In this document: positions 46,531 through 55,908 of the stretch, one piece after another
Layout: every line of letters starts with the position of its first letter
Position numbering within the stretch: position 1 is the first letter of the stretch
Assembly: GCA_016234725.1 (NCBI GenBank)
Contig: JACRAK010000012.1
Coordinates: 10,619-74,618 of the forward strand
Origin: Candidatus Azambacteria bacterium
Lineage (GTDB): Bacteria > Patescibacteriota > Minisyncoccia > GWC2-36-17 > WO2-46-25
DNA: 64,000 nucleotides
Direction of reading: 5' to 3'
Translations under genes and position numbers: made by a program
Notes under the pieces: generated by a model
Told to the model about the DNA's origin: nothing
Database searches by the model: none
The model's input: the letters and a program-made list of their open reading frames with translations, nothing else

Positions 46531-47244
46531 ATGCTTTTTTTAGAAGTCAAAAATCTTTCAATAAAAATAGGGCGGGAGAAGGTGGTGGACAACGTCTCTT
46601 TTACGATAAAAAAAGGGGAAAATGTCGCGATCATCGGGCCCAATGGCGCAGGGAAAACCACGATGCTTCGCGCGCTCTTGGGAAGTGCACGGTATGAGGG
46701 AGAGGTGGTCTGGCACGAGAAGCCGATCATCGGGTATGTGCCGCAAAAGTTCGACTTTGATAAAACGGTCCCGTTTACGGTTGAGGAATTCTTTTTGGTA
46801 TATAGCAGGAAAAGCAAAGGGTTTTGGTTTCCGTCCTGCGCGGCGGTACGGGAGATCGAAAAATATTTGAAGTACGTGAAGGCCGAACATCTTCTTAAAA
46901 GAAATCTCGGAGAGATATCGCACGGCGAGCTTCAGCGGGTGCTTATCGCGCAGGCGATATTCGAGCGTCCGAACATTCTGTTATTGGACGAGCCGACCGC
47001 GAGCGTCGATGTGGAGGGGGAGCGCACGATCTACTATCTGGTAAAAGAGATGATAAAGGATTTTTCCTTGACCTCCATCATTATTTCGCATGATCTGCAC
47101 GTGGTGCATGATTTTGCCGACCGGGTCATCTGTTTGAATCGAAAAATGCTGTGCGAAGGCGCGCCGAACGCGGTGCTGAACAAGGAAAATCTCAGCGCGC
47201 TCTACGGCGGCGACGTCACACTATATAGGCATGAACACAAATAG
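46531..47244 (+). CDS. Metal (Zn/Mn) ABC transporter ATP-binding protein
   Basis: Walker A GPNGAGKTT, signature ISHGELQR, Walker B LLLLDEP. Confidence 0.75.
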   Translation: MLFLEVKNLSIKIGREKVVDNVSFTIKKGENVAIIGPNGAGKTTMLRALLGSARYEGEVVWHEKPIIGYVPQKFDFDKTVPFTVEEFFLVYSRKSKGFWFPSCAAVREIEKYLKYVKAEHLLKRNLGEISHGELQRVLIAQAIFERPNILLLDEPTASVDVEGERTIYYLVKEMIKDFSLTSIIISHDLHVVHDFADRVICLNRKMLCEGAPNAVLNKENLSALYGGDVTLYRHEHK

Positions 47245-47246
47245 AT

Positions 47247-48020
47247 ATGGATAGTAATCTTCTTTTGTTAAGCGTGGTGGTTGCGATCGCGGCGTCGTTC
47301 CTCGGCGTATTTATCATTCTTCGCCGGCTCGCGCTCGTGTCCGATGTGCTTTCGCATGTGGCGCTTCCCGGGGTTGCGCTTGCGCTGATTCTGGGCGTGA
47401 ACCCGTTTTTCGGTGCGTTTCTGGCGCTTGGAGCGGTGACCGTTGTTATTTTCTTCCTTGAGCGGCGGTTCGCGCTTTCCATCGATGCGATCGTAGGTGT
47501 TGCCTTCACCGTGGCGCTTGCGGTCGGTATGATCCTTATTCCGGATGAACACGCGGCAGAGGCGCTGTTTGGCGATATTGCCGCGATCGGGCGGGGAGAT
47601 GCGGTGTTTGGCGTGGCGCTCGGCGCGCTGCTCATCGCGCTTACTTTTGTGCTGTTTCGGCGGTTCGCGCACGCGACGTTCTCAAAGGAGCTTTCCCGGG
47701 ACGAGACGGTCGCGGATGGACGGGCGGAGTTCGTTTTTTTGGTCGCGCTTGCGCTTGCGATCGCGCTCGGCATTAAAGTGGTGGGTACATTGCTCATGGG
47801 CGCGATGATGATCCTGCCGGTAGTGGCGGCAAAAAATATCGCCTGGAGCTTAAAAAGCATGACGGCGCTTGCCATTGTGCTTGGAGTGCTTGAAATGGTG
47901 GGAGGGGTGTCGCTTGCGCAGGCATATGACACGGTTCCCGGCGCGGCGATCATTTTGATCGGCGGCGCGGTATTCGCGGTATCGCTGGTTTCGCGCGCCG
48001 TGGGGCGCGCGAAACCATGA
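47247..48020 (+). CDS. Metal ABC transporter permease (ABC-3/ZnuB family)
   Basis: 257 aa, 7-8 TM helices, adjacent to the ATPase. Confidence 0.7.
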   Translation: MDSNLLLLSVVVAIAASFLGVFIILRRLALVSDVLSHVALPGVALALILGVNPFFGAFLALGAVTVVIFFLERRFALSIDAIVGVAFTVALAVGMILIPDEHAAEALFGDIAAIGRGDAVFGVALGALLIALTFVLFRRFAHATFSKELSRDETVADGRAEFVFLVALALAIALGIKVVGTLLMGAMMILPVVAAKNIAWSLKSMTALAIVLGVLEMVGGVSLAQAYDTVPGAAIILIGGAVFAVSLVSRAVGRAKP

Positions 48021-48045
48021 GATAGGTTCTGACAGAGAAACATAA

Positions 48046-48078
48046 AAAACACTCCGCAAAAGAGCGGAGTGTTTTTTA
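48046..48078. terminator. Bidirectional terminator (aaaaaacactccgc-aaaag-agcggagtgtttttt)
   Basis: Perfect 10-bp stem with flanking A/T runs between convergent genes. Confidence 0.65.
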
Positions 48079-48096
48079 TGTTTGCGCGGGCAATGG

Positions 48097-48441
48097 TTAT
48101 TTTGCCGCCGCGACGATCTTTGAGAATATCACGGGGTGTTCTTTCGCGACGTGCGCGAGCATTTTTCTGTTGATCGCGATCTTGCTCGTGTTCAGCTTGT
48201 TGATGAGCGCATTGTAGGGGAGTCCGTTCTCGCGTGATGCCGCGTTGATCTGGACGTTCCACAGCGTGCGGAAATCGCCCTTCTTTTTTCTGCGGTGCGC
48301 GAACATGTAGCTGAATGCGTGCAGGGTCGCTTCACGCATGCGCGTGATCTTTGAATTTCTTCCCGAACGAAATCCTTTCGTGTGTTTCCGAAGATTCTTT
48401 CTCCTTTTATTCGCAATGGTCCCTCTTTTTACTCGTGGCAT
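48097..48441 (-). CDS. rplT: 50S ribosomal protein L20
   Basis: MPRVKRGTIANKRRKNLRKHTKGFRSGR…. Confidence 0.9.
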   Translation of the reverse strand: MPRVKRGTIANKRRKNLRKHTKGFRSGRNSKITRMREATLHAFSYMFAHRRKKKGDFRTLWNVQINAASRENGLPYNALINKLNTSKIAINRKMLAHVAKEHPVIFSKIVAAAK

Positions 48442-48581
48442 ACCCCGTAATACAACTTCGACTTGTTTTGCAAACGCAAAACAAGGAAATCGCTTTTAAT
48501 TAAAAATTAACACATATTCGCATATAATGCGTGTTGCGAAAAAATCGTTTATATATTGTCGAAGTTGATATACGGGGCATA
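48439..48581 (-). promoter_or_regulatory. about 143-nt long-stem RNA structure (two helices, 11+10 bp, 3x3 internal loop) whose 3' arm contains the rplT AUG
   Basis: Arms cataccccgtaatacaacttcgac (48439-48462) / gtcgaagttgatatacggggcata (48558-48581); homologous element precedes rpmI. Confidence 0.5.
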
Positions 48582-48586
48582 TTTTT

Positions 48587-48781
48587 TTATCGAGAGAACG
48601 GCATTTTATCGCGCATTTTCGGGGCGTCGGTACCGGCGACCGCTCCAAACCCGCGCTTACTTCGTTCCGCTTCTCCTGTTTGTCGTGCGTTAAAATGATT
48701 CTGACCGATGGTGCGCCGCATGAGCTTGCCTCGCGCGGTTACCTTTATTCTTTTTGAGACCGATTTGTTTGTTTTTTGCAT
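48587..48781 (-). CDS. rpmI: 50S ribosomal protein L35
   Basis: Start at MQKTNKSVSKRIKVTARGKLMRR…. Confidence 0.8.
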   Translation of the reverse strand: MQKTNKSVSKRIKVTARGKLMRRTIGQNHFNARQTGEAERSKRGFGAVAGTDAPKMRDKMPFSR

Positions 48782-48921
48782 ACCCCGTATATCAACTTGG
48801 ATAATATTCACATTATCGAAAGTTGTAATAAATAATTATTCTTGCGTATATCCTTTAGCATGCCCCCGCGCAAGGTCTTTCGCATGCGAAAGACCAATCC
48901 AAGTTGTATTACGGGGCATAC
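48779..48921 (-). promoter_or_regulatory. Second copy of the long-stem structure; 3' arm contains the rpmI AUG
   Basis: Arms cataccccgtatatcaacttggat (48779-48802) / atccaagttgtattacggggcata (48898-48921); stem-end bases covary with copy 1 (cgac/gtcg vs ggat/atcc). Confidence 0.5.
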
Positions 48922-48923
48922 TG

Positions 48924-49427
48924 TTATTTTCCTAATACCGTTATAAATCCTGACGGAAGCTGCTTGATGGGCTGCTCTACGGTGTGCTCCATGGTTACCT
49001 TGCTTAAAAAGAGCACAAACCTCTTTCGCGCAAACTCTTTATTCGCCCGCTCCCTTCCCCGCAAGAACATCTCAACCTTTACCTTATACCCTTCTTTGAG
49101 AAATTCTTCAAGCTGCTTGATCTTGATCATCATATCGTGCTCTGACGTCGCTTGGCCGATCTTTACCGCTTTCAGCTCCCCCGCTTTATGTTTTACCTTC
49201 TGTTTTTTAAGCTGTTTTTCCTGCTGGTAGAGATATTTGCCCAGATTGATGATCTTTGCAACAGGGGGCACGGCGGTGGGGGCGATCTCGACGAGATCAA
49301 GCCCTTTCTCGCGCGCCGCATGCAAGGCCGCCGCAAGGTCCATGATGTCCAAATTCTTTCCCTCTTCGTCGATCACCCGTAATTTCGGAGCCCGTATTTG
49401 ATTGTTGACCCGTGGTTTTGGTGCGAT
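48924..49427 (-). CDS. infC: Translation initiation factor IF-3 (non-AUG start)
   Basis: Frame extends upstream of the GTG at 49376: …IAPKPRVNNQIRAPKLRVIDEEGKNL (canonical IF3 N-term); probable AUC/AUA start about 49427/49394. Confidence 0.75.
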   Translation of the reverse strand: MAPKPRVNNQIRAPKLRVIDEEGKNLDIMDLAAALHAAREKGLDLVEIAPTAVPPVAKIINLGKYLYQQEKQLKKQKVKHKAGELKAVKIGQATSEHDMMIKIKQLEEFLKEGYKVKVEMFLRGRERANKEFARKRFVLFLSKVTMEHTVEQPIKQLPSGFITVLGK

Positions 49428-49476
49428 TGCCGTTGCGTATTACTGATAACTACCGGTTGTTCCGGTGGTGTATTTG

Positions 49477-49850
49477 TGGAGATGGCGAGAGTTGAACTCG
49501 CATCCAAAAAGCTATTCACACTATTTCTCCAAACGTAGGTTGTTTGTTGTTCTCGCGTGCCGGCTGGAAAGCAACCAAAATGCCGGAACGTACAGCCGCT
49601 TAGCTTAACGATACGCTGCGGCGGCGTATCGCGCAACCTGATACTATAACACCGGAGGCCCACCTATCAGGCGTTAGCAGGTCCGATGGCAAGAGTACTA
49701 GACCCTTGCGAAAGAAAGAGGAGCAAAGCTTAACGCTATTGCATTCTTTACTTTTGAGAATAAGTTTGCACTTATTGGTGTGTGCCGCCGTTTTCCGAGC
49801 AGGCGACGACCTCGGTCTGCATAGTGTGAAAAGAACTCTCTGTCAAAGCC
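49477..49850 (-). ncRNA. ssrA: tmRNA (SsrA)
   Basis: 5' GGGGAUGUUGGGCUUUGACAGAG…; 3' tRNA-like T-arm GCGAGUUCAACUCUCGC and acceptor CAUCUCC pairing with 5' GGGGAUG; adjacent to smpB; CCA not encoded. Confidence 0.75.
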
Positions 49851-49916
49851 CAACATCCCCGAAACTATAAAACATAAAACATGGAACTTGAAACATAAAA
49901 CTAAAAGATTCAAGTT

Positions 49917-50366
49917 TTACGCTTCATGTTTCATGATTTTTGCTTTCTCGCGTGTAAACTCTTTTTTCTTGATGTCCTCACGCTTTTCGAACTTCTTTTT
50001 CGAGCGTGCGAGGCCGAATTCAAGCTTGATTTTACGACCCTCATTGTACAGCGAAATGGGAATGAGTGTCAAGCCTTTTTTGGCCGTTTTTCCTGCAAGT
50101 TCAGCGATCTCCCGCTTGGTCAGCAAGAGTTTTCGCGGGCGGGTTTTATCATACCCCGCGGGCGTGTTCTGGGGCTGGTAGGGCGCGATAGGCGCATTGA
50201 TCCAAAACGCCTCGCCGCCGCGGATGATGACGAAGGAACCAGCAAGGTTCGCCTTTTTCGAGAATGCCGCCTTCGCCTCAAAACCAAAAAGCACGATGCC
50301 TGCGCGGTATCGGTCAAGTATTTCATAGTCAAATAACACTTTTTTGTTTTCAGCAAGTAAGGCCAT
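49917..50366 (-). CDS. smpB: SsrA-binding protein SmpB
   Basis: MALLAENKKVLFDYEILDRYRAGIVL… canonical SmpB. Confidence 0.9.
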   Translation of the reverse strand: MALLAENKKVLFDYEILDRYRAGIVLFGFEAKAAFSKKANLAGSFVIIRGGEAFWINAPIAPYQPQNTPAGYDKTRPRKLLLTKREIAELAGKTAKKGLTLIPISLYNEGRKIKLEFGLARSKKKFEKREDIKKKEFTREKAKIMKHEA

Positions 50367-50423
50367 AGATATAGTATACCAAAAGAATGCCCCGGCTGGG
50401 TAAGAGCCGGGGCGGTTGTGTTA

Positions 50424-51614
50424 CTACAAAGGAAGATAGATCTTGAAGATCGTACGATGCGCGATCTTTTTATGTCTTTTTTTCGTTTTGCTTTCCGCAA
50501 TGATCGTGCCGCCGTGTCCCTGGACGATCTGTTCGGTCGTCGCAAGACCGAGGCCGGTGCCGTTCGTTTTCGTGGTGAAGAACGGGTTGAATATCTCCTT
50601 GAGATCTTCCTGATCGATCACTTTTCCGTCGTTCGCGATCGAAACGAGGATGCGCTTTCTGCGCGGCCGGATCTTCATTCTCACCCATGTGTTCTTCGCT
50701 CCCGCTTCATCCGCGTTTCGTATGATATCGTGCAGGCACGTCTCCATCATTTCTTTATCGAAACATACCGTGATGTCGTGATCGAGTTGGAAGAGGTGGA
50801 AATGGACGGTGGGGTGTGATGGGCGTATTTTTTCAAGAAAGTGCCGCAAAAATCCGTTTACGCCATAATCGCCCAGCTTGAGCCGCTCGGGAGCGAACTT
50901 TGAGTACTCAAGGACGTTCTTCGTTACTCGTTCGAGTCCTTTGACCTCCTCGGAGACCAAAGATGCATATTTTCTTCCGGCGCTTGAAAGCGACTGGTCT
51001 TCCTTGAGGCGGTTTGAGAGCCCGCCGATGATCATAAGCGCGTTCCGCACCACATGCGCGACTTGCGCATATTTCTGCCCCATAAGCGATAACCGCTCCC
51101 GTTGCAGCGCTCTTTTTTCTTCCTCCATGTTTTTGTGCGCTTTTTCTATCGCGCGCGCTACGGGCCCGCTGACGATCTTTGCTGTTTTCATGACTTCCGA
51201 CGGTCTTTCTATGACCGATGTGAAATCGAACACCATGATACCGAGCGGTTCTTCTTTTGAAAGAAGCGGGGCAAAGATAATGTCAGAAATGCCGTAGCGC
51301 GCGGCATGCTCTTTGAGGTGCGGCGTCCGCGGATTCCGCGCAGGATCATGTATGTGCACTACGCGCTGGTGTTCGTTCATGACGCCCCGTAAGAATTCGG
51401 CGTGTTTCTCGGTAACTTCTTGTCCAACGGCATGACCTCCTTCTGGATATCCCGCATACAGGACCAGCCCGTTTTTTTTCACGGGGAGTACGATGCAGCA
51501 GCGCGGGCATCCGGCGATCTGCGCGCTCTTTGCTGCGGCAATGCGCAGCGCCTCCGAAAGCGATTTGATTATGATCTCCTCCGCCATCTCCGCAAATGCG
51601 ATCAACTTGTTCAT
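50424..51614 (-). CDS. Cytoplasmic sensor histidine kinase with GAF domain
   Basis: GAF-like N-term; H-box; C-terminal GLGLATTEQIVQGHGGTI. Confidence 0.7.
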   Translation of the reverse strand: MNKLIAFAEMAEEIIIKSLSEALRIAAAKSAQIAGCPRCCIVLPVKKNGLVLYAGYPEGGHAVGQEVTEKHAEFLRGVMNEHQRVVHIHDPARNPRTPHLKEHAARYGISDIIFAPLLSKEEPLGIMVFDFTSVIERPSEVMKTAKIVSGPVARAIEKAHKNMEEEKRALQRERLSLMGQKYAQVAHVVRNALMIIGGLSNRLKEDQSLSSAGRKYASLVSEEVKGLERVTKNVLEYSKFAPERLKLGDYGVNGFLRHFLEKIRPSHPTVHFHLFQLDHDITVCFDKEMMETCLHDIIRNADEAGAKNTWVRMKIRPRRKRILVSIANDGKVIDQEDLKEIFNPFFTTKTNGTGLGLATTEQIVQGHGGTIIAESKTKKRHKKIAHRTIFKIYLPL

Positions 51615-51753
51615 GTCTCCCTCCCTTTATATTTTGTTTTAATGTGCGTCGTTTTTTGAATACGCGTGTTGTACGCTATTTTTATGCATCAGTCAAGAGT
51701 GTAAAAAGCCTGTTTTCTTGATAGTTTCTAGGTTTTCGAGTACCATAGCTACT

Positions 51754-54700
51754 ATGAGTACACAAGAAAAACAGGAAAAATCTCAGCTTGCGCGCATGGA
51801 AGAAGAGGTGCTTGCGTGGTGGAACGAACAGAAGGTGTTTGAGCAGGTTCTCGCAAAACGAAAAAAAGGGAAATTATTCGTGTTTTATGAGGGTCCTCCG
51901 ACCGCCAACGGCATGCCGCATCCGGGGCACGTGATGGGGCGGTGCTTTAAGGATCTTTTTTTGCGGTATAAATCGATGCAGGGGTATTTTGTTCCGCGGA
52001 ACGCGGGGTGGGATACGCACGGCTTGCCGGTGGAGATAGAAATAGAAAAAAAACTCGGCATCACCAAAAAATCCGACATCGAGAAATTCGGCATCGGGGA
52101 ATTCAACCGGTTGTGCAAAGAGTCGGTATGGAAATACAAAGACGAATGGGAAAAGATGACCAATCGCATCGGGTTCTGGCTCGATATGAAGCATCCGTAT
52201 ATCACGTATGAAGCGAAATATATGGAAACGCTGTGGTGGATCATCAAACGCATATTCGAGAAAGGGCTTTTGGTGGAGGAGTACAAGGTGATGCAATACT
52301 GCGCGCGGTGCGGGACCGGCCTTTCGTCGCATGAGATCGCGCAGGGATATAAAACGGTCAAAGACAAGTCGGTATATGTGAAATTCCCTCTGGCGCGGCG
52401 TGCGGCCGAAGAGCGCGTGCATGAGAAAGCGAAACACAAAGCGGTGTTTGATGAGCACGATGATCCCGATGGGCGCGAATATTTTTTGGTATGGACGACG
52501 ACGCCCTGGACGCTCCCCGCGAATGTTGCGCTCGCAGTACACCCTGATATCGAGTATGTAAAGGCGAAAAAAGAGAACGAAGTGCTTATCGTAGCGAAGG
52601 ATCGCGTGAGCATCCTCGGCGAAGGATGGGAGGTCGTGCGGACGATGAAGGGAAAGGAACTTCTCGGTGTGCGGTATGAGCAGCTTTTCACATTCCTTAC
52701 GCCAGACAAAGACGCGTTCTTTGTCGTTGCGGGTGATTTTGTGTCTGCTCTAGACGGGTCGGGGATAGTGCATCTGGCGCCCGCATACGGAGAAGACGAC
52801 ATGGCGGCGGCAAAAAAATACAACCTTCCCGTATTGCACCCGGTGCAGGAGAATGGGGAGTTTGGCGCGCCGATCCCGTGGCGGGGGACGTTCGTGAAAA
52901 ATACGGACGGAGCGATCGTGAACGAGCTTCGAGAGCGCGGACTCTTTTTCAAAGAAGAAGCATACGAACATGAATATCCGTTCTGCTGGCGGTGCGATAC
53001 GCCGATTTTATATTACGCGCGGAAATCGTGGTTCATCACGATGTCTCAATTGCGAGGAAAGCTGATCGAAAGCAATAAAAAAGTAAATTGGGTGCCCGCC
53101 CATACAAAAGAAGGGAGATTCGGCGAATGGCTCACGCAGGCAAAGGATTGGGCGTTCTCGCGCGAGCGGTATTGGGGCACGCCGCTGCCGTTGTGGCGGT
53201 GCGACGGGTGCGGCACAGTGGAGGCCATCGGGAGCGTTGCCGAGCTCGGCGCGCGGTCCCGGTTGCGCAACCGGTATTTCATGATACGGCACGGGCAGGC
53301 GGCGTTCAACGCGAAACGCATAGCGGAAACATCAGGAAGGGCGGAAAATCATCTCACAAAAAAAGGTATTTTGGAGAGCACGGCTGCGCTCGCGCGATTT
53401 GCAAAAAAACACAAAGGAGTCGTTCCCGATGTTATTATCTCATCTCCGTTCGTACGCACACAGGAAACGGCGCGCATCGTGGCGGAACATTTTGGCATCG
53501 CGCCCGAGCGCATCGTGACGGATGCGGCGATCCAGGAGATGGACATCGGCGTGTTTGATGGCAAGCCGGTAAAACAATACCATGCGTATTTTGCTTCGTA
53601 TGAAGAGATGTTTGAAAAGCGGCCTCCCGAAGCGAAAGAGAATCTGACCGATCTTCGCGCGCGCGTCGCCGCGTTCATACAGGATGCGGAGAAACGACAC
53701 GAAGGGAAGACCATTTTTATCGTGGGGCACGAGTATTCATTATGGATGCTGGAAACAGCATTATATGGATATGACCTTGCAGAGACCATCGCGGCAAAAA
53801 AGAAAAAAGGAGACGACTATATCGCAACCGGAGAGATGCGCGAACTGCCGCGCATGCATTTGCCGCTTGATGAGAACGGATCTTTGGATCTGCACAAGCC
53901 GCACATTGATGCTATTACCTTTGCATGCCGGGCGTGCGAAAAGGGAATGATGCGACGCGTGCCGGAAGTATGCGATGTGTGGTTTGATTCCGGTGCGATG
54001 CCCTTCGCGCAGATGCATTTTCCGTTCGCGCAGGGCGACACGAGCGGCGCTAAAAAAAGCATCGTTCAACTCATGAAGCAGATCCCGTACCCCGCCGATT
54101 TTATCACCGAGGGCGTTGATCAGACGCGCGGGTGGTTCTATACGCTCCTTGCGGTCGCGACCGCGCTTGATGCGGGCGTCCCGTACCGCACCGTGATCTC
54201 GCAGGGGCATATTTTGGACAAGCACGGCAAAAAGATGTCGAAGTCAAAAAAGAATTATACCGATCCGCTTATGATCGCCGACACATACGGCATCGATGCG
54301 CTGCGGTGGTTTTTTTTCGTGGTGAATCCGGTGGGGGAGCCGAAGCGGTTTGATGAAAAAGACGTGCTTGATGCGCAGCGCAAATCGGTCATGATGCTTA
54401 TCAACATCGGGAACTTTCTCAGATCATACGCATACGCGGGGCGCGCGCCGGCGGCCCTGCCCCCGGCCAAAAACCCGCTTGACCGATGGATCATATCAAA
54501 ACTGAACCATGCGGTGGCCGCCGTGACGGATGCGATGGAGGCGTATGACGCGCAAAGCGCGGGACGGCACATCGCGGCGCTCCTTGACGACGTTTCCAAT
54601 TGGTATATCCGCCGCTCGCGCGAACGGTTCCAGCTCGCCGAAGATGCGCACGATCACAAAGCCGCAAGCATGGTGCTCACAATGGTGTTTGAGCGCACGC

Positions 54701-55323
54701 TGACGCTTGCAGCGCCGTTCATTCCATTTACCACTGAACGGCTGTGGTTGAACATGGGCAAAAAAACAAGTATTCATTGTGAAAAGTATCCGCGCGCGGA
54801 CAAAAAACGCATTGATAAGAAGCTCGAATATGCTATGATGCGGGTACGGGAAGCGGCGAGCGCGGCGCTCAAAGCGAGAGCGGAAGCGCGCATGAAAGTG
54901 CGCCAGCCGCTTGGCATAGTAAAGATCAGCGGCAAGGCATTTGGTCATGTGAAAAAAGAATTGCTCCATCTTCTTAAAGATGAGGTGAATGTAAAAGAGG
55001 TCGTGGTGGATGATGCGCTTGCCGAAGGAGTGTGGCTCGACACGACCGTCACGCCGGAGCTGAAAGAAGAAGGAATGATGCGGGAGGTCACGCGGCACAT
55101 CCAGCAGGCGCGCAAAGAAGCCGGGCTTACGAAGAAAGACAGCGTCGTGCTCCAATGCGCCGCCGACGGAGAAATGAGACGTACGCTTGAAGCATGGGGT
55201 GAGCGGCTGTCCTTAAGGATCGTTGCGCGAAACATAGAGTATGTCGCGCGCGATGGTATGAAGGATCCCCGCGAGATCACCGGAGACGATTATCATTTGT
55301 GGTTTGCACTAAAACCGATATGA
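51754..55323 (+). CDS. ileS: Isoleucine--tRNA ligase carrying an in-frame histidine-phosphatase (PGAM-like) domain insertion
   Basis: HIGH (PHPGHV), KMSKS, CP1 editing region, zinc-knuckle WRCDGCG; inserted about 200 aa with RHG (FMIRHGQAAFN) and GHE (IVGHEYS) motifs at about 53248-53856. Confidence 0.85.
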   Translation: MSTQEKQEKSQLARMEEEVLAWWNEQKVFEQVLAKRKKGKLFVFYEGPPTANGMPHPGHVMGRCFKDLFLRYKSMQGYFVPRNAGWDTHGLPVEIEIEKKLGITKKSDIEKFGIGEFNRLCKESVWKYKDEWEKMTNRIGFWLDMKHPYITYEAKYMETLWWIIKRIFEKGLLVEEYKVMQYCARCGTGLSSHEIAQGYKTVKDKSVYVKFPLARRAAEERVHEKAKHKAVFDEHDDPDGREYFLVWTTTPWTLPANVALAVHPDIEYVKAKKENEVLIVAKDRVSILGEGWEVVRTMKGKELLGVRYEQLFTFLTPDKDAFFVVAGDFVSALDGSGIVHLAPAYGEDDMAAAKKYNLPVLHPVQENGEFGAPIPWRGTFVKNTDGAIVNELRERGLFFKEEAYEHEYPFCWRCDTPILYYARKSWFITMSQLRGKLIESNKKVNWVPAHTKEGRFGEWLTQAKDWAFSRERYWGTPLPLWRCDGCGTVEAIGSVAELGARSRLRNRYFMIRHGQAAFNAKRIAETSGRAENHLTKKGILESTAALARFAKKHKGVVPDVIISSPFVRTQETARIVAEHFGIAPERIVTDAAIQEMDIGVFDGKPVKQYHAYFASYEEMFEKRPPEAKENLTDLRARVAAFIQDAEKRHEGKTIFIVGHEYSLWMLETALYGYDLAETIAAKKKKGDDYIATGEMRELPRMHLPLDENGSLDLHKPHIDAITFACRACEKGMMRRVPEVCDVWFDSGAMPFAQMHFPFAQGDTSGAKKSIVQLMKQIPYPADFITEGVDQTRGWFYTLLAVATALDAGVPYRTVISQGHILDKHGKKMSKSKKNYTDPLMIADTYGIDALRWFFFVVNPVGEPKRFDEKDVLDAQRKSVMMLINIGNFLRSYAYAGRAPAALPPAKNPLDRWIISKLNHAVAAVTDAMEAYDAQSAGRHIAALLDDVSNWYIRRSRERFQLAEDAHDHKAASMVLTMVFERTLTLAAPFIPFTTERLWLNMGKKTSIHCEKYPRADKKRIDKKLEYAMMRVREAASAALKARAEARMKVRQPLGIVKISGKAFGHVKKELLHLLKDEVNVKEVVVDDALAEGVWLDTTVTPELKEEGMMREVTRHIQQARKEAGLTKKDSVVLQCAADGEMRRTLEAWGERLSLRIVARNIEYVARDGMKDPREITGDDYHLWFALKPI

Positions 55324-55901
55324 GCCAGCGATCGACCATTGCACTTGTCGTGAAAAGAAAAAACAAGGGGGAGCACGACCAACTGCTCACCCTGTTCACG
55401 AAGCGATACGGAAAGATCGAGTGCGTGTGCCGGGGGATCCGCAAGAAGGAGGCGAAGCTTGCCGGACATCTCGGGTTGTTGTGCGTTTCCGACGTCAGCT
55501 TCGTGTTGGGGAAACACACGAAAGTGCTCACCTCCGCATGCGATCGCGAGCATTTTTCGGCGATCAAAAAGGACCTTATCAAGTTGAAAGCCGCACAGCG
55601 CATCGTGAAGCTCCTTGATGCGTATACGATCACGGAAGCAAAAGACGAGGCGATCTTCAACCTGGTGGTCGGCGCGCTTGATTATCTGAATCGGCGGGAG
55701 ATGACGATGCTTGAATTGAAATTTTTCCTCCGCTATTTTGAATTTAAATTCTTGAGCCTGCTGGGGTATGAGCCGGAAGACAAGACGATCATGCGGGCGT
55801 TTTGCAATGAGCATATCGCGCTCTCCGAGCAAGAGCTCGATACGATGGAAGAGATCTTTGACCGGCATTTCAGGGATATTTACGGAGTAGTGAATATGTA
55901 A
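55320..55901 (+). CDS. recO: DNA repair protein RecO
   Basis: OB-fold N-term; ATG overlaps ileS stop (ATGA). Confidence 0.65.
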   Translation: MSQRSTIALVVKRKNKGEHDQLLTLFTKRYGKIECVCRGIRKKEAKLAGHLGLLCVSDVSFVLGKHTKVLTSACDREHFSAIKKDLIKLKAAQRIVKLLDAYTITEAKDEAIFNLVVGALDYLNRREMTMLELKFFLRYFEFKFLSLLGYEPEDKTIMRAFCNEHIALSEQELDTMEEIFDRHFRDIYGVVNM

Positions 55902-55908
55902 CCTTTGA

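Noticed and set aside
49698-50181. ORFs 49698-49913(-) and 49888-50181(+)
   Set aside because: Cover the tmRNA gene and antisense of smpB; the minus ORF merely contains the tmRNA tag frame.
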